DNA of 64,000 nucleotides from positions 32,001 to 96,000 of the forward strand of contig CBDESZ010000027.1 in the NCBI GenBank assembly GCA_965242725.1, read 5' to 3'. The translations under genes and the position numbers were made by a program. Below the pieces are notes generated by a model. That model saw only the letters and a program-made list of their open reading frames with translations, did not search any database and was not told the DNA's origin. Source of the DNA: Alkalispirochaeta sp. Its GTDB lineage: Bacteria; Spirochaetota; Spirochaetia; DSM-27196; Alkalispirochaetaceae. Below, piece by piece: positions 1 through 9,776 of this stretch (position 1 is the first letter of the stretch; every line of letters begins with the position of its first letter).

Positions 1-188
1 TGTTCAATCAGATTATTTCAAATCTGGTGAGTACACAGAACGGATTCAAGTCCTTTGAACAGATTTACCGGTTCAGCCTTCTTTCTGATGACTTTACCGT
101 GGGTGAAGAGCTCTCGGCGAAGCAGGAGATAAAACGTCACGTCATCCAGGAGCGGTACGACCGTCAGATCAGGGAACTCTTCTCGTAA
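1..188 (+). CDS. C-terminal end of an AMP-dependent long-chain fatty acid-CoA ligase (partial, runs in from the window edge)
   Basis: Frame from nt 3 reads FNQIISNLVSTQNGFKSFEQIYRFSLLSDDFTVGEELSAKQEIKRHVIQERYDRQIRELFS* (TAA 186-188), resembling the FAA1/FadD-type tail; not in the ORF track. Confidence 0.7.
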   Translation, partial: FNQIISNLVSTQNGFKSFEQIYRFSLLSDDFTVGEELSAKQEIKRHVIQERYDRQIRELFS

Positions 189-1844
189 CTGCCTCGCCGC
201 CGCAGGCGGCGAGGCCCTCCAACCGCCGGATGAGATGGTACATCGCGATTGTGTCCACGGCACAATATGCGACGATCTCATCCTCCGTCGGGAGGGGTGC
301 AACCAGGTTCGGGCACATCGTTTCCACCAGTTCCGTCACCCCTTCGGCGGCAACGGCGCCGGCCGTAATTGAGTCTTTTCCGCCTGCGGCGACAATGTAT
401 CTGTCCATTCGCCGTATCAACCCGAGGTTGGCGTGCATACCATCCTGTACCGTTTCGTCCTGGTATCCCGGTACATCCGTAAATGCGGGGAGCACGCGCT
501 TGAGCGATACCTTGCCCCACTGGTCGGGGTGATACACCATGAAATCCGCGAAGGGTTCGAGCAGATCGACCATCCGGCGAACTATTGATTCCCCCATCGC
601 TCTCTTACCGGCAACTCCCGCCAGCTGACGCACCATGGCGGACTCAAAGGGTCTGCTGAAGACGACGATCGATCCGCTCTCTCCCATCGTCCTGAACAAG
701 CCAGTTGAAGAACCTCATGCGGTCGTCAACGCCGTTTGCCGCGATATATGAACGCTGTTCCGGAAAGGAATCGCGGTCCCGCTGGACGTGTATCGAAGCA
801 ACCACGGGGGTGTGACCGTAGGGATTCAGAAGGGGGAAATACGGGACGGACGTTGCAAAGGCTTCAAAATCGAGGTAGAAGACGGGAAATTCAATACGCT
901 GCAGGAAACCGGCGAGTCTCGTCTGGTCGACAAAAATCCGATCTTCCAGGACCGATGACACCTGAATTCTGTGTTTATCCGTCAGCGCGGTGACATCCTG
1001 CGGAATGTCACGCAGATCCCGTATGTTTCTCCTGGCGAGTTCTTTTGACCGCTTCGCCCCCTTTGTGAAGTGTCCGGATATTGAAGCGTTGGTCCCGGAT
1101 ATCACCGCCGGAAACACGGGGCTCACAAAGGCTGCACCGTTGCGCACATTTGTATCGCCTCTCAATTTCCGTTTCTCCGCCGGCGACGGAAAGAAGCTCC
1201 TCAAGTTCAAATCCCACCCGTTCCGTGTCTCTCCGGGAACGCTTGAGAATATTGCTTTCCACATAGAGCTGCTCCATCGACGTCGCGTCGAGGTCATCGA
1301 CCGTCGCGTTTTTTCTGAGGTACCACAAATGGAGGCCGCCGAGGGGAATATCACCCATATCGGCTGCCCGGACAATCAGGGCGCCTTCGGTGTAATAGAC
1401 GCCGCGGATTCCCGTAGCCGGACGAAAGAGGGAAAACTCCCATGCGTCGATTTTCGTGTGATATACGCCGTGGTCTATGACCACAACTCCGGGATCGGCG
1501 AGTAACAACCCGTGCACAAACTCCCGGCGGTTCCGGATCGCATCCATCGTCGCCGCAACCCAGCGGAGCGTTTCATCACGGTTCAACACTGCTGCGGCGA
1601 CATCAACCGTCGGAGGACCCGCATCGGTCCCGCGTGACCGGGCATGTACATTTTCCGCATGGGGAGCGACGCGATAGACCGATTCGGCAACAACCCGTGC
1701 CGTTTCGCGCAGCGCCGCCTCGCCCGTCATCTCCACGGGAAATGCCGGCTTCCGGGCAGTTCTATCCCCTTCGGGCTGACAGGTATCAATCCACTGTCGG
1801 CGGCAGCGGAGCCAGAGTGTGATGTCGGCGGGAGAAAAGAACAT
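169..1844 (-). CDS. DUF2779-domain protein (degenerate Cas4/RecB-like N-domain plus DnaQ/RNase H-like C-domain), split by two +1 frameshifts near 1043-1046 and 690-700
   Basis: Three consecutive frames (1008-1844, 644-1375, 169-699) join into one protein with motifs FPVFYLDFEA, PYGHTP, FESA, MVDLLEPF, SLKRVLP and YCAVDT; ATG at 1844 lies just downstream of the ackA stop. Confidence 0.7.
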
Positions 1845-1848
1845 TCGC

Positions 1849-3072
1849 CTACTCAAAGGAACATAACGAAAATGTGTCGATCGCGATTTGCAGCTCCTCA
1901 TTTGTCGGCTCGACAATGATCGTCGTCGGAGAATAGTCGCGCGAAATGATTCCTTCCCGGGGTCCGTTTTCAAGGTTCTTGCGGTCGTCCATGACTATAC
2001 CCAGGTTTTCCAGGCGATTACAGATCCGCTCACGCATCCGCGTACCGAACTGACCGATCCCGCCGGTAAAAACAAGAATATCCACTTTCACGAGGTTTGC
2101 CGCGTAGGAACCGATGTACTTCCGGACACGATAGGCGTACACGTCAAGCGCATCGATGGCATTCCGGTCTCCGCGCTCTGCCGCGTCCTCGAGGTCCCGA
2201 AGGTCATTTGATTTTTCCGAGAGTCCGAGGAGCCCGCTTTCCTTGTTGAGCATTCGGTTGAGTTGCTCCGCAGTAAATCCCCGCTCCAGGAGGTAGAAGA
2301 TAATCGCCGGGTCAAGATCTCCGCTGCGAGTGCCCATCATCAGCCCTTCCAGCGGCGTGAAGCCCATGGATGTATCCACGGATTTTCCGTTTTGAATCGC
2401 CGTTATGGACGCTCCGTTCCCGAGATGACAGGAAATTACGTTTGTATTTTCCGGTGATCGCTTGGCGAACGCGACGGCCTGATTGGCTACATACCGGTGA
2501 GACGTGCCGTGAAACCCGTATCGTCGGATTTTATACTTTTCATAGAGCTCCCGGGGCAGACCGTAGAGGTACGCGGCGGGCGTCAGGGTCTGGTGAAACG
2601 CGGTATCGAAAACTGCAACCTGGGTCCGGTCGGGAAAGAGCTCCCGGGCCTCGACAATACCGGTGAGGTTTGCCGGGTTATGGAGAGGTGCAAGCTCGAT
2701 GTTTTCTTCAATTGCATGAATGACTTCGTCGTCGATAACCACCGACTCGGCATACTTCTCACCGCCGTGAACGACCCGATGCCCGATACCGGCGATCTCG
2801 TCCAGACCGTCGATGATGCCGTTTTGTTCGTCCGTCAAGGATTCGGTCATGAGACCCAGCGCCTCTTTATGATTTTTAGCGGGGCGTTTGACATCCATGG
2901 AGCCGTTCCATCCCGACTGATGCAGAATTGTCGCGTCCTGCCCGATCCGTTCCACCACCCCCCGTCCGAGACTTTCCCGGGCAGGCATGTTGTAGACCTC
3001 GTACTTCAGGGAGGAGCTGCCGCTGTTTATGACCAGGATCTTGTGGCCGGAATGCCGTGTTCGCTTGGGCAT
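1849..3072 (-). CDS. ackA: Acetate kinase
   Basis: LVINSGSSSLKY, GHRVVHGG, APLHNPAN, FDTAFH, YGFHGTSH, HLGNGAS and PTNEE motifs; purine-rich SD before ATG 3072. Confidence 0.97.
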   Translation of the reverse strand: MPKRTRHSGHKILVINSGSSSLKYEVYNMPARESLGRGVVERIGQDATILHQSGWNGSMDVKRPAKNHKEALGLMTESLTDEQNGIIDGLDEIAGIGHRVVHGGEKYAESVVIDDEVIHAIEENIELAPLHNPANLTGIVEARELFPDRTQVAVFDTAFHQTLTPAAYLYGLPRELYEKYKIRRYGFHGTSHRYVANQAVAFAKRSPENTNVISCHLGNGASITAIQNGKSVDTSMGFTPLEGLMMGTRSGDLDPAIIFYLLERGFTAEQLNRMLNKESGLLGLSEKSNDLRDLEDAAERGDRNAIDALDVYAYRVRKYIGSYAANLVKVDILVFTGGIGQFGTRMRERICNRLENLGIVMDDRKNLENGPREGIISRDYSPTTIIVEPTNEELQIAIDTFSLCSFE

Positions 3073-3097
3073 GATAATTCCTTTCTCCGGGGAAAAA

Positions 3098-3877
3098 TTA
3101 CTCTGCGGTCTCCGTTGCTTCCGCAACGGCGAGTGCGGTTACCCCTAAATTATGTATGGTATCCAGATCCTCCGGATCAAGTGCGTGCGCCTGGAGGAAG
3201 TCATCGAGGGCCGCCCTGAAACGTCCAAGGCGGTACCGAATCAATCCGCGATTGTAATACCCTTCAACCATCATGTCGTTCCTGCGGAGTGCTTCGGTGA
3301 GAGCCTCATCCGCGGCCGTCAGGTTACCCTGCTCGTCGTATAACGTGGAAAGGTGAAAGAGTGGTTCCCCGAAGGACTGATCGACCTCGGAGGCTCGCAA
3401 TAAATACTCTTCCGCAGCCGCATTCCGACCGAGGCGCATTTCCGTGAGACCGAGATTATTCAATGTCTGACTGTCCCGGGAATCGATATCGATGGCTTTT
3501 CGATACTCTTCCGATGCGACGTCAAGATCACCCCGGTAAAAGTATGCATTCCCCCGATTGTAATAGAGCGCGACGGTGCGTAGTCCCGCCTCTTCGGCGC
3601 GGGAAAACTGGATGATCGCCTTATCGTATTCTTCAAGTTCGAGATGGATAGTCCCTCGATTGTACGCTACCTCGCCGTCGCCGGGAGCGATCTCCTCCAT
3701 CATCTCATAGAGAGAAAGGGCGTCTTCAAACGCTCCGTTTTCAAGGGCTTCACCTGCCCGTGTCTGCAGATCGTTGAACCGCTCCTGTGACGAAGAAGCG
3801 GTCTCCTGAGCGGATATCGAGGCGATACTAATCAATGCAACAGTGGAAAACAGTATGAAACGACGAAATTTCCCCAT
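3098..3877 (-). CDS. Secreted tetratricopeptide repeat protein
   Basis: Signal peptide followed by repeated TPR signatures (AYNRG, YYNRGNAY, NNLG, YYNRGL, HNLG). Confidence 0.9.
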   Translation of the reverse strand: MGKFRRFILFSTVALISIASISAQETASSSQERFNDLQTRAGEALENGAFEDALSLYEMMEEIAPGDGEVAYNRGTIHLELEEYDKAIIQFSRAEEAGLRTVALYYNRGNAYFYRGDLDVASEEYRKAIDIDSRDSQTLNNLGLTEMRLGRNAAAEEYLLRASEVDQSFGEPLFHLSTLYDEQGNLTAADEALTEALRRNDMMVEGYYNRGLIRYRLGRFRAALDDFLQAHALDPEDLDTIHNLGVTALAVAEATETAE

Positions 3878-3918
3878 GGGTAAATTGTATCGGTTCAACC
3901 GACCATTCGTCTATGACA

Positions 3919-4353
3919 TTATTTTAGCGCCATGGAAACGCGTTCAAGGACTTTTTTTCTGTCAAGGGGTTTCACGATATAGTTTTTTGCGCCGATCATC
4001 AGCGAGTTTTTTACCAGATCGTTCTTTCCGAGGGCGCTTATCATGACGACCCTGGCCGCCTTGTCAAATTCAATGATCTTCTGGAGCGCGGTAACGCCGT
4101 CCATCTTCGGCATGGTGATGTCCATTGTCACCATATCGACGTTGGGATGGAGTTCCTTGTATTTTTCAACACCTTCTTCCCCGTTTGAAGCGGTGGCCGC
4201 TATCTCAAATCCGGCGGACGTGAGTATTTGCCCGAGTTGTTTTGCAACAAACATCGAGTCGTCAACCACAAGCACACGATAGGGAGATCCGTCAGGTTTC
4301 AGCCCCTCCGGGGCTTTCTCATTCAAATTGGGAAAGTCGCCTTTGCTCTTCAT
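3919..4353 (-). CDS. cheY: Chemotaxis response regulator CheY, spirochaete type with N-terminal extension
   Basis: Stand-alone REC domain: VLVVDDS, TMDITMPKMDG, ISALG, YIVKP. Confidence 0.85.
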   Translation of the reverse strand: MKSKGDFPNLNEKAPEGLKPDGSPYRVLVVDDSMFVAKQLGQILTSAGFEIAATASNGEEGVEKYKELHPNVDMVTMDITMPKMDGVTALQKIIEFDKAARVVMISALGKNDLVKNSLMIGAKNYIVKPLDRKKVLERVSMALK

Positions 4354-4532
4354 GGACCTGCGCTCCTTTAAGACATTGTATACCGAAAATATCGGCAGAT
4401 TTCAACACTACCTTTCAAGGAACGGGTCCCACGATTTTTAATTTTCTTTTTTGAATGTTGATTCGGCCGGTATTCGAGGAGGAACGTATTTTTAATTTGT
4501 TTTTTACATCGTTTTTTCGACGGAAATGTTAA

Positions 4533-4548
4533 TGCATAATCCGTGCCA
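4533..4548 (-). promoter_or_regulatory. Candidate sigma54 (-24/-12) promoter facing cheY
   Basis: Minus strand TGGCACGGATTATGCA has GG-N10-GC spacing and one mismatch to TGGCACG-N4-TTGCA, in an AT-rich intergenic region. Confidence 0.7.
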
Positions 4549-4649
4549 ATTAGGCCATTTGATCTACAGAATTTCTTATGTATATATATGGTAAGCAATT
4601 ACCTCGGGAACACGGCAATGTCCAACTCTGTTTTCAACGAAACCGCTCC

Positions 4650-4701
4650 ATGCAATGCGCATATATCATTCAATTTGCATGACCATCTATTCGAACTGCA
4701 T
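4650..4701. promoter_or_regulatory. Three imperfect palindromic repeats AT(G/T)C-N5-GCAT, candidate enhancer (UAS) sites
   Basis: ATGCAATGCGCAT 4650-4662, ATTCAATTTGCAT 4668-4680 and ATTCGAACTGCAT 4689-4701, about 100-150 bp upstream of the -24 box. Confidence 0.5.
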
Positions 4702-4715
4702 AGGCAGGACATCCA

Positions 4716-6134
4716 TTATTCCCGCATTCGCCTGCTTATCGTTGACTGGGATACGCCGAGCAGTTTTGCCGCCGCCGACTGATTGTTGCCCGTCCGGACC
4801 AGAGCTTCCTGAATAAGGTATCGCTCCACCTCTTCCAGTCGGGGGAAAGGACCCGTCCATGACAGCCTCCCTGTCTCCTCCTGGGCAGGGGGCTTTTCGT
4901 CCCCCCCTTCGCCTCCGTGACGTTCAAAAAAACGGTTAACCGAATCCACCGACAGTTCTCCGTCGGCGCTCCGGCTTACGGCGTCGACGATGAGGGCCTG
5001 CATTTCTCTGATATTACCGGGAAACTGGTAGCGCTTCAGGAGGTTTATGATTTCATCGCCGACGTGAGGTCGGGAGACGCCGAAGGTATCCGCCGCTTCC
5101 CGGGCGAAATGTTCAACAAGGAGAGGGATGTCTTCCGCACGCTCCCGCAAGGGAGGAAGATGGACGAGGTGGGAAATAAGGCGGTAATAGAGGTCCCTCC
5201 TGAAATCGCCGCGACGCTGTTTTTCCAGCAGATCGGCATTGGTTGCCGCAATGACGCGAATGTTTGTGTGTATGGGCTCATCACTCCCGAGGGGATAATA
5301 CTCCTCCTCCTGAAGGAGGCGCAGGAGTTTTATCTGACTTGCCGGTTCCAGATCTCCGATTTCGTCGAGGAAAAGAGTTCCTCCGTCGGCCTTCATAATG
5401 AGCCCGCCCCGTTCCCGCTCCGCTCCGGTAAATGCCCCTCGGCGATGGCCGAAGAGCGTATCCGAGAACAGGACGTCATCAAGGCCCGCGACATTTACCG
5501 GAACAAAGGTTCCACTCCTCCCGCTGAGACTGTGAAGGGCGCGGGCGAGAAGCTCCTTTCCCGTGCCGCTTTCTCCGGTGACCAGTACCGGTTTGGGGCT
5601 GGGAGCGATCGCTTCCACATATTGAAAGACTGCCATCATTTTCGGCGAGGCGGTGATAATTTCCTGAAATGCCGCGGCGTCCCTGGGGCCGCGTATTTTC
5701 TCAAACTCTTCCCCCAGAACATCGAGGCGACTTTCGAGATCACGGACCCGTACGGCGTGGCTTATTGCACTGCCCAGCCGGTTGTGATCCACCGGCTTTG
5801 TCATGTAGTCGAAAGCCCCGATGCGCATGCACTGAACCGCCGCATCGACGCTGTCGTGGACGGTAAGGACAATGACGGGAATCCGGGGGAATTCCTGGGA
5901 TAGCGTCTCCAGAACCTCCGTTCCCGACATACCGGGCATGAATAGGTCGAGGAGTACAACTGAAATCGGCCGACTTCGCACGACCTCCAGACCGTCGATA
6001 CCGTTACCGACGCTTACGATGTTTGTGTATCCGAGGGCCCGGACGTGGGTGCGAAGTATTTCCACAGCGACTTCGTCGTCGTCCACAATGAGAACCACCG
6101 GCACGGATTCTTCCATTTTCGCCATCTCCTGCAT
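4716..6134 (-). CDS. Sigma54-dependent response regulator (NtrC/AtoC family: REC-AAA+-Fis HTH)
   Basis: VLIVDDD, LLDLFMPG, GESGTGKE, GAFTGA, TLFLDEIGD, FPGNIRE and C-terminal GNNQSAAAKLLGVS. Confidence 0.95.
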   Translation of the reverse strand: MQEMAKMEESVPVVLIVDDDEVAVEILRTHVRALGYTNIVSVGNGIDGLEVVRSRPISVVLLDLFMPGMSGTEVLETLSQEFPRIPVIVLTVHDSVDAAVQCMRIGAFDYMTKPVDHNRLGSAISHAVRVRDLESRLDVLGEEFEKIRGPRDAAAFQEIITASPKMMAVFQYVEAIAPSPKPVLVTGESGTGKELLARALHSLSGRSGTFVPVNVAGLDDVLFSDTLFGHRRGAFTGAERERGGLIMKADGGTLFLDEIGDLEPASQIKLLRLLQEEEYYPLGSDEPIHTNIRVIAATNADLLEKQRRGDFRRDLYYRLISHLVHLPPLRERAEDIPLLVEHFAREAADTFGVSRPHVGDEIINLLKRYQFPGNIREMQALIVDAVSRSADGELSVDSVNRFFERHGGEGGDEKPPAQEETGRLSWTGPFPRLEEVERYLIQEALVRTGNNQSAAAKLLGVSQSTISRRMRE

Positions 6135-6146
6135 ATCTTTAATAAT

Positions 6147-7553
6147 ATGGGCTCAATCGAACGCGTCAAATACCTGAACCGGAAGATCTCTGGAACGGAC
6201 GGTCCCGTCATCTACTGGATGCAGGCGAGTGTGCGGACCGCCTATAACCACGCCCTCGAGTATGCCGTCGGGCAGGCACACGCCAACGGCCATTCCCTCC
6301 ATGTGGTCTTCTGTCTCACTCCCACCTACCCCGGGGCCAATCTGCGGCATTACTGGTTTCTCATCGAAGGTCTTCGGGATGTGGCGGACGGTCTGTCAAA
6401 ACGGAACATCCCTTTCACCGTCTGGCTTGGCGAGCCGGAGAACATGGCGTCCGCCCTCAAGGGAAAGGCGTCTATGATCGTTGCGGACCGCGGATATTTA
6501 CGTCATCAGCGGAAGTGGGCCGCAACCATCGCCGCCAAGGCCGACTGCCCGGTCATTCAGGTGGAGTCGAATGTCGTCGTTCCGGTGGAAACGGCAAGTA
6601 CAAAGGAGGAGTACTCCGCCGCGACGATCCGTCCGAAAATCGTACGTCACCGCGAGTCGGCACTTCAACCGATGAAACAGCGCGTATTTGAAGGTCCCGC
6701 CCATTCCGTCCTTTCGCCCAACCGGGACGGACACATGACACCCGTAGATGTGAAGACTCTTGCACAACCCGACGATCTGTCTTCACTGTGTTCCCTTGAA
6801 GCGAGCGTCGGACCCAGTCAGCTCTTTCGCGGAGGCGAAAACGAAGCGCACACGCTTCTGGACGACTTTCTCCGCAACCGACTCGCCGATTACGGGCGCC
6901 TTCGCAACGTACCTGATGAGAACTGCCTCTCCCATTTGAGTCCCTTCCTTCATTTCGGCCATATTTCGCCTATCGAAATTGCATTGCAGGCTATGGAATA
7001 TGGCGAAAACGCCCTGGATCCGTCACGGCGGGACGGTATCGATGTGCTCCTTGAAGAACTCATCGTCAGACGGGAGCTTGCGATCAATTACGTTCACTTT
7101 AATCCGGACTATGACCGATACACGGCGCTTCCGGGATGGGCACAACAGACACTTGAGGAACATAGAACCGACCCCCGTCCTTACCGATACGGAATGGAGC
7201 AACTGACCGCCGGAGAAACCGATGACCCCTACTGGAACGCCTGTCAGCGGGAGATGGTATCAACCGGTAAGATGCACGGCTACATGCGCATGTATTGGGG
7301 TAAAAAAGTGCTGGAATGGACGGACGATCCGGAAGAGGCATTTTCACGGCTGCTGACCCTTAACGACCGGTACGAGCTGGACGGAAGGGACCCCAACGGC
7401 TATGCAGGGGTGGCGTGGATATTTGGAAAACACGACAGACCGTGGGCAGAGCGACCCGTCTTCGGCAAAGTGCGGTACATGAACGCCAACGGCCTGCGGC
7501 GAAAGTTCAAGAATATTCAGGACTATGTCGACCGGTGGACCGGTACGACATAG
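6147..7553 (+). CDS. phrB: Class II CPD DNA photolyase
   Basis: VIYWMQASVR, SHLSPFLHFGHIS, EELIVRREL, GKMHGYMRMYWGKK, ELDGRDPNGY, ERPVFGKVRYM. Confidence 0.93.
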   Translation: MGSIERVKYLNRKISGTDGPVIYWMQASVRTAYNHALEYAVGQAHANGHSLHVVFCLTPTYPGANLRHYWFLIEGLRDVADGLSKRNIPFTVWLGEPENMASALKGKASMIVADRGYLRHQRKWAATIAAKADCPVIQVESNVVVPVETASTKEEYSAATIRPKIVRHRESALQPMKQRVFEGPAHSVLSPNRDGHMTPVDVKTLAQPDDLSSLCSLEASVGPSQLFRGGENEAHTLLDDFLRNRLADYGRLRNVPDENCLSHLSPFLHFGHISPIEIALQAMEYGENALDPSRRDGIDVLLEELIVRRELAINYVHFNPDYDRYTALPGWAQQTLEEHRTDPRPYRYGMEQLTAGETDDPYWNACQREMVSTGKMHGYMRMYWGKKVLEWTDDPEEAFSRLLTLNDRYELDGRDPNGYAGVAWIFGKHDRPWAERPVFGKVRYMNANGLRRKFKNIQDYVDRWTGTT

Positions 7554-7561
7554 CCGCAGCA

Positions 7562-9733
7562 TCAATACTCTTCAAAGTCCGTATCAAAATCATCGGAGCT
7601 TTTTGGATCCAGATCGAGAGATATTCCGGAACCGCCTCCCTCGGCGAGGGTAATCCCCGTCTCTTTTCTTTTCTGTGATTCACCTGCCCGTCCGGTCTTG
7701 GTGCGGGCCCTTTGCTGGTCCGCCGTCTGACCGCCGTTCCTGGAACCGGAGGTTGAGGCCTCTCTGGGGATATCTCTTTTCTTCGTCACCGAGGCGGTCC
7801 CGCCCGGCGCCGGGAGATACTGTCGACGTACGGTACGAGTTTGTCCGCTTCCACCGTCATCGAGCTTGAAAAACTGTATGGCCCGTTGCAGCTGCTCCGC
7901 CTGGCCGCTGAGTTCTTCCGACATGGATGCCATTTCCTCGGAGGCACTTGCATTCCGCTGTATCACTGTGTCCAGCTGAATGATTGCCGAGTTGATCTGC
8001 TCTGCCCCGCTGTTCTGCTCATTACTGGCGGCGGAGATCTCCTGTACCAATTCGGCAGTCTTTTTTATGTCAGGGACGATGTGTTCAAGCATTTCGCCCG
8101 CCCGTTCCGCGACGGCGACGGACCTCGCCGACAGTTCGCTGATCTCCCCGGCGGCGTTCTGGCTGCGTTCCGCCAGTTTCCGTACTTCACTCGCCACGAC
8201 GGCAAATCCCTTGCCGGCTTCGCCTGCCCTGGCGGCTTCGATCGCCGCATTCAGGGCAAGAAGATTCGTCTGCCCCGCGATTTCCTCAATAATTGAAATC
8301 TTTTCCGCAATCTCCTTCATTGCGCTCACCGTTTCTCTCACCGCCTCACCGCCTTCTTCCGCATCCCTGGCGCTCTTCTGGGAAATCTTATCGGTCTGCA
8401 TCGCGTTGTCCGCATTCTGTCTGATATTGGAGCTCATCTCCTCCATGCTGCTGGAAACCTCTTCCGCGCTCGCCGCCTGTTCCGTCGCCCCTTCACTCAT
8501 TTGCTGCGCCGACTGACTGAGCTGCTCCGAGCCGTATGTTACGTTTTCCGAGGCGGAACGAATATCCTGAACGATCTCACGGAGCCGGAAGGACATATTC
8601 TTCAGCGCCGCAGCGAGGTCACCAATCTCGTCTTTCTGGTCCACATCAAGGGTGGCATTCAGGTTTCCCCTGCTGAGTTCCGTCGCAAAGGTGACACCCC
8701 TTCTCAGAGCTCCGGTAATGGCGCGGGTAATTACAATTGCGACGCCGATCGCGAAGAGAATTGCGACAACAATACCCACGATAACGGCGCTTACCGAACC
8801 GTTGACGATGTTGACTACGTCAGCGGCGACCTGTTGCGTACCTTCGATTCCCGCGATTGCCGTCGCCTCTGCTGCGGAGAGCACTTCATCTGCGGCGGCG
8901 TTACGTTCCCGATTCAAACGCAGTAATTCCGAGTAATTTTCCAATATGGTGCCGACAGCGGCTTCATAGGACCGAGCACTCTCTTCCATACGATTGAGCG
9001 GTTCTAGATCTACCTGCAATCTGGTAATCGCCCGAATCTCCGTTATCATTTCAGGGACGCGGTCGAGGGCGTCGATCGTATCCTGCAGTCCATCGGTGTC
9101 CATGAGCAGCTGTGACCGGAAGTTAGAAACCCTCGCCTCATTCGCCACCTTAAGAATTGCATTAATCTGATTGATTTTGGAGATACGCTCGCCCAGCTCC
9201 GCGTCGGACGCCTCTGCAGCAAGTTCGTTCTGAAACTGATTGTTCTGACTGGCCAGGAGAGTTTCAAGTTCCGTGACAAACGCCGCGGCAGCACGATCGT
9301 TTTGCTCCCTTGCCGCGAGAATGGCATCGATGACCGATTTGGTTTGCGACGATAGTTGCTGGTATCTCGAGACGGCATCTTTGGCCGTCGTCACTTGTCG
9401 GCCAAGCACCTCAAGCTCTTCATATCGATTTGAGAGCGCCTCGGCCTCACTCAGGTTGGCATTTACTTCATTCAGATTCTCCATGCCGTTTCTGTAGTAT
9501 GTCTCGTCGAATGTAAGCGAGTATCCCCGCATGGCGTACATCGTTTGGAGGGAGTTTCTCTCCAGTTCATTCACGATTTCAACTTCCGCGACATATTGAT
9601 CCTGCAACCTGTTTGCGCCGTTTTGTATCCGTAGAAGATTGAAGACCGCGACACCCCCTACTGCAACAAGCAGTACGATGAGCAGACCGAATCCAAGCAT
9701 CATTTTTAGCGCCATTTTCAGGTTTTTAAGCAT
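7562..9733 (-). CDS. Methyl-accepting chemotaxis protein (TM-periplasmic helical sensor-TM-HAMP-signalling domain)
   Basis: [37 protein letters not shown] hairpin tip; flexible tail ending DFEEY, like a CheR-docking pentapeptide. Confidence 0.96.
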   Translation of the reverse strand: MLKNLKMALKMMLGFGLLIVLLVAVGGVAVFNLLRIQNGANRLQDQYVAEVEIVNELERNSLQTMYAMRGYSLTFDETYYRNGMENLNEVNANLSEAEALSNRYEELEVLGRQVTTAKDAVSRYQQLSSQTKSVIDAILAAREQNDRAAAAFVTELETLLASQNNQFQNELAAEASDAELGERISKINQINAILKVANEARVSNFRSQLLMDTDGLQDTIDALDRVPEMITEIRAITRLQVDLEPLNRMEESARSYEAAVGTILENYSELLRLNRERNAAADEVLSAAEATAIAGIEGTQQVAADVVNIVNGSVSAVIVGIVVAILFAIGVAIVITRAITGALRRGVTFATELSRGNLNATLDVDQKDEIGDLAAALKNMSFRLREIVQDIRSASENVTYGSEQLSQSAQQMSEGATEQAASAEEVSSSMEEMSSNIRQNADNAMQTDKISQKSARDAEEGGEAVRETVSAMKEIAEKISIIEEIAGQTNLLALNAAIEAARAGEAGKGFAVVASEVRKLAERSQNAAGEISELSARSVAVAERAGEMLEHIVPDIKKTAELVQEISAASNEQNSGAEQINSAIIQLDTVIQRNASASEEMASMSEELSGQAEQLQRAIQFFKLDDGGSGQTRTVRRQYLPAPGGTASVTKKRDIPREASTSGSRNGGQTADQQRARTKTGRAGESQKRKETGITLAEGGGSGISLDLDPKSSDDFDTDFEEY

Positions 9734-9776
9734 GAGAGCCTCCGTTGAAAAAATCGACTATATTCGAAATGGTAAG

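Noticed and set aside
4368..4782. Small ORFs 4368-4598 and 4543-4782
   Set aside because: They lie in an AT-rich regulatory region with codon usage unlike the host genes and have no recognisable motifs.
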